Shown: positions 13,341 through 26,049, counted from the first letter of the stretch. The stretch is 64,000 nucleotides of DNA from Hyaloraphidium curvatum SAG 235-1 (GCA_025558095.1 JAIVFI010000007.1:248001-312000), one strand, 5' to 3'. Translations and numbers: made by a program. The notes: generated by a model from the letters alone, not told the origin.

Positions 13341-15138
13341 ATGAAACGTTCAGAGCGTGACACAATGGAAGAAGGTTCCCCGTTGGAGAGCGACGTGTCG
13401 TCAGAGTTGAGTCAGCACTCGGACTCCTCGGACTCGGACGACGACCGGCGAAAGGCAGCGGGGTCCGCGCCGCAGCCTGCGGCCACCGTACCTCCTTTGG
13501 ATCACACTGAAGCCAAACCTGCCGAGGCCGTGGAGTTGGAGCCCGTTCCAGAGATTCTGGAGACTGCCCCCCACGGTCGAAGACCGAGGCGATCGCCAAC
13601 TTCTCCAGTCGCAAGGAACACAGAACCTCAGGACAATGGTTCTGTGCCCAGTCCAGCGGCATCCAGCTCGCGGGGACGGCCAAAGTCGGTCACCATGGAG
13701 GTTGATGAAGAGGCCAACCTCGGACAAGGTCGCAAGTCTACGCTCGGCCGCGGAAAAGCAAAATCTTCTGAGCCCGTCGAGATTGAAGACAGCGAGGACG
13801 GTGCTGCGAGCGGAAGAGCTGGCCACCAGAAGGTTGCGCGCCATCAATATGCCCGCCTCTCGAGCGCATTGCACACGGCGGAGGAGAAACCAGACTACGA
13901 TCCCAACACCGTGACGGGCAGCCCTGCGTCCCCCGTGGTGTACTTTGAGGCCGGCGACATGGTGAGCGCGCATCGATCGCTCTTCTATGCACTTCGCTCA
14001 TGAAGAGTCCAGAAATCGATGGGCTTCAAACTGTTTTCGATTCTTCCCGAGGAAAGCCGGTCGCGGCTTACCAATCTCCTTCCCGAGTACGAAAGGGAGA
14101 AGCTGAAGGCGAGCAGTGTTTTGGCGGACAAGGCGGCCGTGAATGAAACACTGAGGGGTCTGGTGGAAAAGTTCCGTGCTATCCAGCTCCGGGATCGCGC
14201 GGCCGGCGACAAGCGCGGTGCCTACAGCGCAGAGGATGCCCCTACGCCCGAGTACGATGAGGACGCCGACAAGGCGGCCTTGGACGCGTACCGCAGATTC
14301 GCTGCCGAGCACGCAGATACCCCGGTTCCACCAGAGGCCCTGCGGAAGCTTTTCGAAAGCAACCTGTTCCTGCAAACGGACTTTGACATCTGGCGGAACG
14401 AAATCGCTGTCGGCCACATGGCTCCTGCTTTCCTTGCCGGGTTCGAAAAGTGGGCCGAGGAGAAGGAGCACACGACTTCGCAGAAAGATCAGCATTTCGA
14501 GGCGTGGTGGGGGGAGAAGGCAGATCGAACGAAGCTGGTAGCAGGGTTGGGAAGCAGCCGTCACGCGCCAACGGCGTTGACTAACGCTTGCTGCCTCTGC
14601 AGCGCCTCGAGAGAGATTACCCTTCTCATGCTCATCAAGCGGAAGCTGGTCTTGGCGGGCGACAGGCTGGTATTTCGGCGCAATTTCTCCTTGATCAAGA
14701 AAGAGATCGAGCGGACCGTTGAGGTAGGAATGTCGTCCGAATTCTGCCCGGCAAGTTTCTCACCAATGTGATCAGATTGAACGCGTGGACGCAGCTTCCG
14801 GTGTGACGATCAGGATGCTGCCCGGAAGGGAAGGTCAGGAGGGCTCCGCTTCGAGCGCGGGCTCGCGAATCGAAAAGCTGGACGCCCCGACTGCGATTGA
14901 ACACGCCATTTTGGACGCCGATGGCCGCGTGGGAAGGGAGCAGAGGCCCAACGGGAACGCGTGGAAGTGCCTGAAGCTTCTTCGCCGGGACGGCGGTGGG
15001 ACGTGGATCGATCTCGGGACGCTGTGGCACGTGAGGTTGGACGAGTGGGAGCGCAAGACCGGACAGGTCAATTCCCGGGAAGCAGCAGCTGCCGCAAAGG
15101 ACGGGAATTCGACAAGGAACAAGGGCAAGGGGAAATAG
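13341..15138 (+). CDS. ASX-homology (DEUBAD) domain protein with C-terminal RAMA-like domain, multi-exon
   Basis: DEUBAD-like SPASPV..., LFSILPEESRSRLTNLLP, FLQTDFDIWRNEIAVGHMAP, DQHFEAWWGEK; C-terminal ITLLMLIKRKLVLAGDRLVF...PTAIE...NGNAWKCL...LGTLWHVR. Confidence 0.7.
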
Positions 15139-15740
15139 TAGCAGCCTTGTCGCGCTCAACGTCGATGATTTTGGTCCGCAAGACTCCTCTTGCACATCGC
15201 ACACGCATGATCCGCCAGGGGAGCGTCCTTTGCGAAATGGCGTCGATCCTCTTCGGCAACATCGGCGTCCTTCGGCATGGGCCCCTTCCCTGCCGTCACC
15301 CTCGAGGGTCTACGCAGGGGCTGACTGGTGAGCGGCATCATCAGGTGGATATGTTGGAACCTGTGCGTATGGTTCCACCGGGACAGCGCGCACACAAAGG
15401 TGGTAAGGTGGAGGGAGATTCAGCCAAGCCAAGAATGTTCCGCGTTTCCAACAATCCTTTCACGTGCGACCGACGCGGTTGCTGTCCCTGTCCCGATCTG
15501 TCCGGCCAAATGGGCATTCTAGCCCTTCCCGGACAATCGCACTGAGTCTCGGGACCGTCGGATGGACTGCCGCCGCCGGGGATGCGGCGCTTCTCGGAGA
15601 CCGTGGCTATGTCGTCATCGGCGAAATCTGGAAAGAACACACCCGCGGAAAACGTCGCGCTTTCCCTCCAGGCACCATAGATATCAGCGCTCCCAGATAG
15701 CTCAGTTCCACCTGCGTTCAGAGAGCCCGCGGCAGAAACG

Positions 15741-16436
15741 ATGTGCACAGCCGCGACGCGTGCCGACGGTGCCGACACCGCGCTCCCACACTCCACTCCC
15801 GCCGCCTCCCCGGACGGCAACGAACCCCCCGAATGCCGCATCTGCAAGGACTCCACGCCGCCCTTCGTCTCGCCCTGCCTGTGCCGCGGCACTCTCGACC
15901 TCGTTCACCGCGAATGCCTCGCCCACTGGCGCCGTGCCGGCGGTGCCCGGGCGGAGCGGCGGTGCGAGGTGTGCCTGGCAGAGTACGTTCTCGTGCGCAA
16001 GGGCGCGTGGTGGGCCGGTTTCCTGGCTCGGTGCGGGGGGAAGGGCGGAAAGAGGGCGGCAGCGGCGCTGGCGGGTACGGTGGGGGCGTGGGCGGCGTCG
16101 AGGGCCGCAATGGAGGGGCTCGCGCGGCTCTCCGGAGTCAAATGGTGGCGCCTCGCAGGGGTGGCCGACGCGGATGTTCACCCCGCGCTCGCGGCGCTGC
16201 TGGCGGACCTGCCGTACGCGATGGCGTTCGGCGCCGCGTCCGGGGCTGTGGCGACTTGGTGGAAGACCAGCGGCCCGGAACCCGAGGTCACCCACGGTCT
16301 CTGCGAAACGGTAGCGTGGGTGATGGGTTTCTGCATGGGCAAGGACGCTTGGGGGGCCGGATGGGCTGCCGTGGCCGGCGGGGCTGCCCTCGGGCCGTCG
16401 CACTGGAACTTTGAGGTGGCGGACATGGCCAAGTGA
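15741..16436 (+). CDS. RING-CH (RINGv, MARCH/Doa10-type) E3 ligase with hydrophobic C-terminal segments
   Basis: CRIC...SPCLCRGTLDLVHRECLAHW...CEVC C4HC3 motif; single exon. Confidence 0.8.
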   Translation: MCTAATRADGADTALPHSTPAASPDGNEPPECRICKDSTPPFVSPCLCRGTLDLVHRECLAHWRRAGGARAERRCEVCLAEYVLVRKGAWWAGFLARCGGKGGKRAAAALAGTVGAWAASRAAMEGLARLSGVKWWRLAGVADADVHPALAALLADLPYAMAFGAASGAVATWWKTSGPEPEVTHGLCETVAWVMGFCMGKDAWGAGWAAVAGGAALGPSHWNFEVADMAK

Positions 16437-16775
16437 AGGATCGAGGGTGTGGATGGATTCGACTGCTACATGCGGCCCACAAGGAGCCTTCTTTGACGAG
16501 TTGGACTGCCGACGTACACGCTGCCAGGGAAGACTGATATGCCTCGGGCCCTGCGAAACATCGGGCCATCGGCCCCGGATATGTACTGATTCATCGCCAA
16601 TATATGCAGAACTGATTATCTCCGCCATTCCGGTCCCCAGTACAGCGTCCCCAGCGTTGGGGTCGCTCGGTCAGTTGCGTGGCAAGATTCGTGGGGCGAT
16701 CGAGACACCCTTCCCCCTTTCCCGGGCCTCTCCGCCGCATCGAGCGCCCATGCGGCCCCCATAGCGTTTCCCGAT

Positions 16776-19700
16776 ATGAGCGGATCAAAGACATTAAGCG
16801 GCCGAGCGGGCCCGCGGGGTCTGGCGGCGGCACGGGCGTGCGCGCTGCTCGCCCTGCTCGGGGTTCTCGCGCTCCTTGCGGGCGCGGCCGGGCAGCCCGC
16901 GGGCAAGTCGACGGTGCCCTCCGCGGGCAGCTCGGGCGCGCTGATCGTGCGCGCGCCGGCCGCGGTGGCGCTCGTGCCGGCGGAGTCCGCGGGCGCCGAA
17001 TCGGGCGGACGCGACTCGCCGGGGAACACGCCGCCCGCCGTCGCCGCAGTCCGCGAGGCGCAGCGCGACCCGCTCTCGGCGCTGCGGGCGGCCGCCGGCG
17101 CCGCACCCGCCCAGCTCGCGCTGCCCGACGCCACCGGCTTGCTCATCGTGGCCACGCTGGACGGCAGGCTGCACGGCATCGACGCGAGGGGCGGCAAGAA
17201 GCTGTGGACCGCGGAGGCCGGCGGCGGCGTGGTCTCGGGGTCCGGAACTGGCGCCGCGTCGGCTGGTGGCGCCCCATCGAACGGTTCGGCGGGGGGACGC
17301 GCTTCCGACGGCGAAGCCGAGACGGCGGACGACGACATTTGGGGCTGGGACGACGAGGACGACGTTTCCTTCCCCGCCGGCTCGCAAGTTCCACCCGAGG
17401 ACTCGCCCGATGCCGTCTACATCGCCGAGCCCATGGGCGGCGGCACGCTCTACGTGTACCAGGCCGGCCGAGCAATGCGGCGCCTCCCGCTGCCCATCCG
17501 CGACCTCGTGGCGCTGTCGCCGTTCAGGTCGGCCGACGGGACGATGTACATCGGGAGGAAATCGGCGCGATTCCTGGCCGTGGAGCCGAAATCGGGCAGG
17601 GTGCTCGGGGACTATGGCGGGGGCGACCAGGGCGAGGGTGGTTCCGTCTGCGACGCTCCGGGCGGGAAGCTTGTTGACGACGACGGGGACGACGAGTGCC
17701 AGGCAGGGCGCGACGCTGTCTACGTCGGTCGGACGGGTATGATGCCTGCACGGCGCCAAGGAGCTTTTACTTACGATTCCTTGTCGCAGAGTACCACCTC
17801 TCGATCATCTCGCCGCCCAACCCCGGCCGCCCGCCCCTCCGCTTCAACGTCACCTACGCCGAGTACTCTTCCACCTCCCTTGACGACCTCTCCCTCCTCC
17901 TCTCGCCCGCGCAGCTCGCCGCCCGCGACCCCGTCCGCGTCCTGCCGGACCCGGGCGGCGGCGTGCGCCTCGAGGACCCCCGCACCGGCGCCGCCTCCAC
18001 CGTGCGCCTGGGCAGCCCCGCCGTGGGCGGCTTCTCCGTGCTCGAGCTGCCCCCGCAGGCGAGGGAGGGCAGGGGACGGTATCACCTCCACCGCGTCTTC
18101 CCGCAAGCCGATCCGCCCGGTGCCGTCGGGCAGGGTGCGGCGGCGGGGATGCTGGAGCACGCGTTCATCGGGCAGCACAACGGCACGCTGTACGCGCTGT
18201 CGTCGCAGCACTTTGCCGATCCCGCGCCGGGACAGGTTGTCGGTGACGGGGAAGGGTGCGTGCCGGGCGGCGAGGGGTACCCCGCATGCCTGGCGGGCCT
18301 GAGGCTGCCGGTGCTCGAGGCGGCACCGGTGCTGCAGATTCAGCCCGCACCGGGGCCGCTCCCGGAGGAGCCGGCGGGGCAGGCCACCAACCCGGTGGCC
18401 GCGAATGTGGGTCTCGGGTGGTGGTGGTGGGCCGCGTCCACCGTGCTGCTGGCGGCGGCGGCCGGGGCGGCCGTCTACGCTTACATGGTAGGAAGCGTCG
18501 GCGGGTGGCATCTCCCAGGGCTGCGCGCGGGGCCGCAGGCGGCGGAGCAGGGGCTGGATCCGGGGCAGCAGGCCAAACGGCGGCGCGGGACGCGCGGGAG
18601 CGGAAAGGGCGGCGGCAAGGAGCGGGAGCAGCCCGCGCTGCCGGCAAATGGCGAGCCGCTCCCGGTCGATGCGCAACCGCTGCCGGCGGGCGAGGAAGCA
18701 CCCAGGGACGACGAGGTCAGCGCGCTCAAGGACGGCACGCCACCACCCGAGGGCGAGGGTGCGCAGGGCAAGGCACGGCGGCGGCGCAAGCCACACGCGG
18801 CCAAGCGCAGGGACAACGACGACGTGCCCCGATCGGGCTCGAAAGAGCAGCTCGGGCCCCCGATCAACGGCGTGGCCGCGCCCCCGGACCCGGCCGAAAA
18901 GCCGCTCCCGGCGCTGCCTTTGATCCTTCCTCCCACGCTGCCGGAGCCTGCCTCCCCGAAGATGATCCACGTGACGCAGCAGGTGCTCGGGTACGGCTCG
19001 CACGGCACGGTCGTGTACCGCGGCTCCTTCCAAGGCCGCGAGTGCGCCGTCAAGCGGCTCTTGCTGGACTTTTACGACGTGGCGGACCACGAAGTAAACC
19101 TGCTCCGCGAGAGCGACGACCACCCCAACGTCGTGCGCTACTTTGCCCGGGAGGAGTGCGACCGGTTCATGTACATCGCGCTTGAGTTGTGCCCGGCTTC
19201 GGTCTACGACATTGTCGAGCGCGCCAACGTGCCCGAGTTTCGGAAGCTCGGCGAGTCGTTGGGGCCGCAGAGGGTCATGTACCAGATGATGTCGGGGATC
19301 GCGTACCTGCATCGGCTCAAGATGGTGCACAGGGACATCAAGCCGCAGGTACGTTGCTCCGATGGCGGTCCGAGGGCGATCTGACCTGCCCTTCGCGACA
19401 GAACATCCTCATTTCCCAGGGCAAGCCGTCCCAACCTCCCCGCGTGGTCATCTCCGACTTTGGCCTGGGCAAGAAGCTCGAGGACAACCAGTCCTCCTTC
19501 AACAACACCCTCCACACGGCCGCCGGCACCGTCGGCTGGCGCGCGCCCGAGTGCATGGCCCCCCGCGGCTCCGAGCCCGGCACGCCGGCCGAGGGCGACC
19601 CGCCCTCGTCGTCCCGCGAGTTCGGCACCGGGGCCAGGATCACCCGCGCCGTGGACATCTTTTCGGCGGGCTGCGTGTTCTACTACATCCTCTCGGGCGG

Positions 19701-20422
19701 CGAGCACCCCTTCGGGGACCGGTACGAGAGGGAGGCCAACATCCTCAGGGGGAACTTCCGGCTGGATAGGCTGCAGGGCATGGGGGAGGAGGGCGTGGAG
19801 GCGATGGACCTGATCTCGGCCATGATCGCGCGGGACGCAAAGGCGAGGTGGGCTTGGTGGTGGCATTGCTCGAGCTCATGGACTGAAACGGGGAGCAGGC
19901 CCTCAGCCAAGGACGTCCTCATCCACCCGTACTTCTGGACCCCCGCGCAGCGGCTGTCGTTCCTGCAGGACGCCTCGGACCGCTTCGAGGTCGAGGTGCG
20001 GGATCCGCCGAGCGCCATCCTGCAGCGGCTCGAGGCCGGCGCGCCCGAGGTCGTGGGCGCGGACTGGCACAAGCGGCTCGATAAGTCGGTGATCGACAAC
20101 CTGGGGAAGCACCGCAAGTATGACGGGGCGCTGATCAGGGACCTGCTGCGTGCACTGCGGAACAAGGTGGGTTTTGCGGGGACATTGAAAGTCATGACAT
20201 TGCGGGCTGACGCTTTTGGCGCTCCAGAAACACCACTACCAGGACCTTCCCGAGAACGTCAAGCGGCACCTGGGTTCCGTTCCCGAGGGCTTCCTTTCCT
20301 ATTTCACCAACCGCTTCCCGCACCTCCTCCTGCACGTGTACCGCGTCGTGGCCGAGGACGAGGGGCTGCGGAACGAGAACATCTTCAAGCCGTACTTCGA
20401 GGTCGGGGACAGGTTCAAATAG
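16776..20422 (+). CDS. IRE1: IRE1 ER stress sensor (luminal domain, TM, Ser/Thr kinase, KEN RNase), multi-exon
   Basis: Signal peptide; VATLDGRLHG luminal motif; TM WWWWAASTVLLAAAAG; GYGSHGTVVY, AVKRLL, ESDDHPNVVRY, HRDIKPQN, ISDFGL; KEN DLLRALRNKKHHY, YFTNRFPHLL. Confidence 0.95.
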
Positions 20423-20481
20423 GCCGGAAGCGGCGGGACCGTCCGTGTACATTCGAGGCAAAGATACGCAGCGCGCGTGTC

Positions 20482-21633
20482 TCACAGCTTGGCGTGCGTC
20501 TTGGTGAGGTCCACTCCCCGCTTTTCCATAGCGAGCGCCATCGCGCGGAGCCCGGAGAGGGACTTGGGGAAGCCGACGTCTGCACACCGGGGGTCGGAAA
20601 GCTGTCTTCGCCACAACAACGCGGTACCCACAGCCAACACAGACGACACCGACGCCAAGAACCTCTGCAGGCGTGAGGCCGACGTTCAGGGCAGTGTCGG
20701 TGTGGAACGAAAGCTCGGATTCGTTCCCTTGGGTAAGCAACGAGGAGACGATGGTGAGCGATCGGTCTGGCGTACTGGGTGAGCCTGACCCGATCGCCGC
20801 TTCGGAGAGTGCAACTTACCCTTCTTGGAGAACCCTGGTCGGGCATAGATGGACTCGGAAGTCGCCTCCAGCACTTCGCGAATGTGCGGCACCGCGTCTC
20901 GAACGATCTTCAAGTGCGGCGACCCGCCCGGCATGGCCATGCCGATTTTGCCCCCGGATGCCGTGATCGCGTCGCGATACTCGCGCATTATTGCCTTGGC
21001 GGCGCCTCGTGCGGGCTTCATCGCGTTGAGCTCGATCTGGGCTCGCCCGATGTCGTCCAGCGAAAGCCCGCGCTCCTTGAACGCCTTCGCGGCCACCTTC
21101 AGGGCGTTGAGCGTCCGTGGGAATCCTACATATGGGAAAAGCTGACCCAGGAGTTGTAAGTTTGCCATTGGCCTTGTTGAGGATAACCTACGTTGACCAT
21201 GAGATTAACGATGTCGTTGGCGGAAAGGCCGACGTTCAGGCCCGTGTGGACGTGGATCTCAATCTAGAGCCCCAGTGTCAGTGACATGAACCCCTGAATG
21301 AGAGGTTGGCCCACTTCAGCTTCCACGCCCTGGGTAATGAGGCAGCTCAGGATGACGATGGAGCGCTGCCTCATCGAGAGCTCGTCCCTGGAGTAGATCT
21401 GCGACCAGACCATGTTCCGCGTCAAGTCTCGAAGGTCCGGCACAATCTTGAGGCACAGACGGCGCTTGAGCACATTGGAGACAGCGAAACGCGACGGAAG
21501 AACGCGCCTTCTCCACATCGCTGAGGAAGCCGTTCACCCCCGTCGTCCCCAACCCCACGTTCGCGCCGGCCTTCTTGGCGGCATCGCGGTACGCGCGGGC
21601 CGCTTTGAGCCCGTCCTCGGCAGTCTTCGGCAT
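20482..21633 (-). CDS. Carboxymuconolactone decarboxylase (CMD/PcaC-like) family protein with two tandem CMD domains, multi-exon
   Basis: Repeat 1: IYSRDELSMRQRSIVILSCLITQG..EIHVHTGLNVGLS...PYVGFPRTLNAL; repeat 2: IYARPGFSKK..RSLTIVSSLLTQG..SFHTDTALNVGLT...VGFPKSLSGL. Confidence 0.8.
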
Positions 21634-21800
21634 CTTCGACGATCGCAAAGAGGGAGAAGAAAGAAAGAGGACGAGGAGAAAACGAGCGGAACTACCGGAA
21701 CGAGATGTTGCGGGAGACACGGCTGGTTCTGAGAAGTCGATATCAGCACCATCGATCGATCGAGCTGCCTCCAACGACGCTACATCCGCTCTATATACAT

Positions 21801-22537
21801 CTACTTCGTGTGCAGCTTGTACTCGATCGGCACGGGCCTCGCGAGCGTGTGTCCGACGGGGCTAGTGGCCTGCACGTGCTCGTGGATCTTCTGGAGCGTT
21901 GCGTCGTCCGCGTCGGCTTCCAAGTGGACGTCCACCTTGATTCCGCGGTATCCAGCGTTGTCAGAGCCGTGGGCCTTGCCCAAGCCCAGGAAGGGGATGA
22001 TGTTGATGTCTCCCGAGAGATCAATCTTTGCGAGATGCAGAAAAGGATGACAGGAAGCCGTGATCGGCGAGCAAAACGCCACGATGGAATCAATCAGCGC
22101 CAGTTCATCGCTCCCATGGCGACGGTCAGCCTCACTTTGAGCTTCTTGATCTCGACTCCATTCACGGATGCTGCGGCGGCGTAGCCCACCGACAGGCACG
22201 CGCCCAAGGAGCTCAGCACAATCTCGACGGGATTCGGAGCAGTTCCATGGCCGCCCAGAGTCGGCGGCTCGTCGGCCAGAACCTTCTGTTTGCCGCCGAC
22301 GCCGGTGTGGGCCACCGCTTTGAAGGCTCCCTCCCATTCCACGGTAGATTTCCAGATGGTCTCGGCCTTTTGGGGATCCGCTTGGATGGCTCCGACGAGC
22401 GCGCCGACGGCGGGGAGGTTCACGTTGTTGAGCAGGGGAGCAGCGGCCGTCGCGTTGAAGCGAGTAGCGGCGATGCGGGAAGCGCTGCCGCGGGCCATAG
22501 CCCTGCGGGCGAGGGTCGTGGCCAGGCGGATGCTCAT
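21801..22537 (-). CDS. OsmC-like family protein with predicted mitochondrial presequence, 2 exons (intron 22026-22135)
   Basis: MSIRLATTLARRAMAR presequence; NNVN...; ADEPPTLGGHGTAPNPVEIVLSSLGAC; FLGL...GYRGI...TSPVGHTL. Confidence 0.85.
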
Positions 22538-22742
22538 TTCTGTTCTCTCTCGATAGAGTCCGGTGGTTTTCCTGGTCTTTTTTTGCCGCCCCGGATACCT
22601 CCGGGCGGGATAAAAACAAACGCGAGCTGATGGTGCAATTTCAGTCAGGGTCGTGCATGTGCCTCCCGGGGATCACCATCATCGTGGGACCCCAATATCG
22701 TCACGATCGTGGGGGTATCTCTAATCCATAGCCCGATGCACA

Positions 22743-24603
22743 TCATCGATACTTCATTTCATCCTCGAGGAACCCGACCGTGGGGAAGCGCTTCGCAAAC
22801 GCAACAACTTCGGCCTTCGTCTTGCCAATCTCCGGCACACCGGCGCCCTCGCCGAGGAAGTCCTTGAAGTCCTTGAGCTTCGTGCCTGTAACTCCAGTCA
22901 ATGAGGGCTAAGCGCAGCAAACGTCCGAGCCCACCCTTGGCCTGCCCGTTGACCTCGATCGCGATCCGGACGGCCCGATCGATGTACTCGCAGATCTGAT
23001 CGAAATCGGATTCCACCAGGCCACGCGTGGTCATTGCCGGCGATCCGACGCGGAGACCGCCAGGGACCAGCGCGGATTTGTCGCCAGGGACGGTGTTCTT
23101 GTTGGCGGCGACGTTGACGAGCTCGAGGACGCGCTCGACACGGGACCCGTCAATCTTCTTGTCCCGCAAGTCGATCAGCGCAAGGTGCGTGTCGGTGCCG
23201 TCGGTAGTGAGCTTGTAACCCATCTTCTTGAGGACCACCTCAAACCGCTTGGCGTTCTTGAGGACCTGCTTCTGGTACTCCTTGAAGTCGGCGGACTGGG
23301 CCTGCTTGAGAGCGACGGCAAGGGCGGTAATCGTGTGGTTGTGCGGGCCACCTTGGTGACCGGGGAAGACGGAGGCGTTGATGGGCCCTTCGAGGTCGTA
23401 CATAATCTCTGTCGCCGTTCGTTAGCGAACCAAAATCAACCCAAACCGTCATAGTTTAGCCCACCCTTGCCCTTCTTGTCCACGGACTTGACACCCTTCC
23501 GGTAAAAAATCATGCTGCCCCGCGGTCCGCGCAAGCTCTTGTGCGTCGTCGTGGTGACGACGTCCGCGTACTCGAACGGGCTCGGCAACACTCCGGCGGC
23601 CACCAGCCCGCTCACGTGGGCCATATCCACGAGCAGCACCGCGTTCACGCCATCCGCAATCTGGCGGAACCGAGCATAGTCCCAGTTGCGGGGGTACGCC
23701 GACCCGCCGGCGACAATCAGCTTTGGCCGGAAGAGTTTCGACGTGGCCGCGAGCGCATCGTAGTCAACGAGGCCCGTAGACTCGTTGCAACGGTACGGCA
23801 TCTGCTCATAGTATGCCGAAATCGCGGAAATTTTCTTGGTGTCGGTCTGGTAACCGTGTGACAGGCTGGCGAGGGAACACGTGAATCAATACCCGACAAG
23901 CGAGACTCGGGGCCACTCAAGGCCCCAAAGGCGAGAGCAGAGATACCGACTGTCCTCCGTGAGGCAGATCAAGGCCCATGAGGCGGCCATGAGGTCCGAT
24001 GAGGGCGTAGTAGACATAAAGATTTGCCGGAGCCCCTGGCCGCGGCGAGTCAGCTTCCAGAGAGACAGATAGTGCCACCGAAGGCCGCACCCGACAGCGA
24101 CTGGACGTTGACGCCCCACTTGGCGGGGTCCAGCCCAAACGCTTCCAAAGCGCGCTGCTGGCAGAGCCGCTCGCTCATGTCAATGAACTCGTTTCCGCCA
24201 TAGTAGCGCGCCCCGGGGTAGCCTTCCGAGTACTTGTTCTGCATCGGAGAGCCAAGAGCCTCCATGACCGCCCGAGAGGTGAAGTTCTGCGCGGGTCGGG
24301 GTGAGGGTCCCGGAACCCCGTTCACGTGGCGCCCGAACCTCGGACGGAATGAGCACTATACTCTCCCGCTGCCGCTGCTTCTCCAACTCCAGAATGTTCT
24401 GAATCTCGGGGTCCACCCTTGCCAGGGGCGCATTGAGCAGCTGGCCGAATGGAACACGGTCACAGGGTACCGGCCTGAGCGACGATCAGACGGACCTCCA
24501 CGGAGGGCGAGGCGGTCGCCATGCCGCGCTGAGGCACTCTCGGCGCCCGCAGGCGCGTCGGCACGGCGGACCGGAGTCCGCGCGGGAGCATTGCGCCGGA
24601 CAT
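22743..24603 (-). CDS. SHM1: Serine hydroxymethyltransferase, mitochondrial-type, multi-exon
   Basis: [44 protein letters not shown] (PLP Lys), [11 protein letters not shown]; C-term [14 protein letters not shown]; Arg-rich presequence from ATG 24603. Confidence 0.93.
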
Positions 24604-24687
24604 GTTGAAAGAGAGCGGGCGGAGGCGCGGCGCTCGAAGTCCGGGGGCAAACCCGATTGACGACCTCGCCCCACAGCAGAAGTCCTT

Positions 24688-25812
24688 CTATTTGAACAAC
24701 TCCTTGCCGATTCCGCCGTGACCTTGCGGTTCGTCCCTCAGCCCGGCGTCCAGCGCCTTGATCAGGGCGCCCCCGATCGTCCGCGCAGACTGGATCATCT
24801 CCGACAGCAGGCTGGGATCGATCCCTCCCTTGCCCCCCTTCTGAATGGCGCAAATGCTCCCCCGAGAGTTGACCGCCACCGTCACCTTTGCCGACGAAGA
24901 CAGCTCCTCCAGCGGGTTGGGATCGATAATGTAGCGCTTGCCAAGCTGCACATGAAATGTCAGCGATACGAGGAAGCAATCGGTTAGCCGTGAAGAAGCT
25001 GACCTTGTTCAAGGTCACCGTGACGGGAACATCCTCGGCACCCTTGACCGGGACGGTGCCATCCACGACGTCGAAATCAAACTGCCCTTCGGCGACCTCC
25101 TCGACGACGGTCTTCGGTATCCGGGTATTCCGCAAGGCCCCGCGGACAGCGAGGAAGATGCAGTCGAGCACGTTGCCGTTGTACTCGAGAATCTGTCCAA
25201 GCCTCTGTCAGAATAACTGTAGACAGTTCCAGACACCACGGGCCCACCAGAGCGTCGATGTAGAGAATCCAGCACTGCTGACGGGAAATGATGACAAGGC
25301 TCTCCAAGTCGATTCCGGCCTGCGGCCCGTTGAAGACCTTGTTCATGATCTGCGAGTAAATCGTGAGGGCGTTCTCCCCTCCTTCTGCTCCGGTAAAGTC
25401 GCTGGCCACTCCTGGGGAGCTGAGCTCCGCGTCTCCATGAGAATAGATCCCGAAATATTCTCGTTCCGAAATCCCACCATTCCACGGAGCAGACGACGCG
25501 TCCTCGGTTCTCCGAGAGGCCCTCCGGCATCGCCTCCGCGGTACGCTCGCCAGCGACCGCATCGTCGGCCGCCTCCTCATCCTGCTCCTCCTCCTCGTCG
25601 TCTGCCCGCTCCGGTACTATGCTCCCCACTTCCACTTTGATGCCGACCAGCACGTCCGTCCCGTCGAGCCTCAAGCGGCACGACCCGCTGGCCTGGGCCA
25701 CCACGCCCGTCTCCACCTGGAAACGGCGGTAGTCTGTCCGCTTGCGACCATCGCCGCGAATGTTCCGTTCCACCCCGGTCACGATGTAGTCCGCCTCGGC
25801 TCGCGAAATCAT
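24688..25812 (-). CDS. RRP42: Exosome complex RNase PH-like subunit Rrp42/EXOSC7, multi-exon
   Basis: MISRAEADYIVTGV..RGDGRKRTDYR, GSCRL, TDVLVGIKVE, CWILYIDAL, DPNPLEE, IQKGGKG. Confidence 0.9.
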
Positions 25813-26049
25813 GGTCTGTGGTGGGCCTCAAAAAGTTGACCGCCGCGGCGCCCAGCGCCGCCGTACTCTGGTTCGGACTCACGCGACCGTTGACCGCCGC
25901 CCAGCGCCGCCGTCCGGACTCACGCGACCCCCTGGACCAGGGTCCCGGAATCACCAAGCCAGAGAGTGTCGAAACGGCCGGGATCGAGCTAATCGTGTCC
26001 TTGGGTCCCGGCCCAGTCCCGGCCTGCAAAGCGCCGTGTACGGAGCGCC

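Noticed and set aside
15140-15740. Possible small gene between the ASX-like and RING-CH genes
   Set aside because: No coherent start/splice model or recognisable motif on either strand
21449-21520. Possible GC donor in the first intron of the CMD gene
   Set aside because: An in-frame GT donor 9 nt upstream is equally plausible; cannot be decided from sequence
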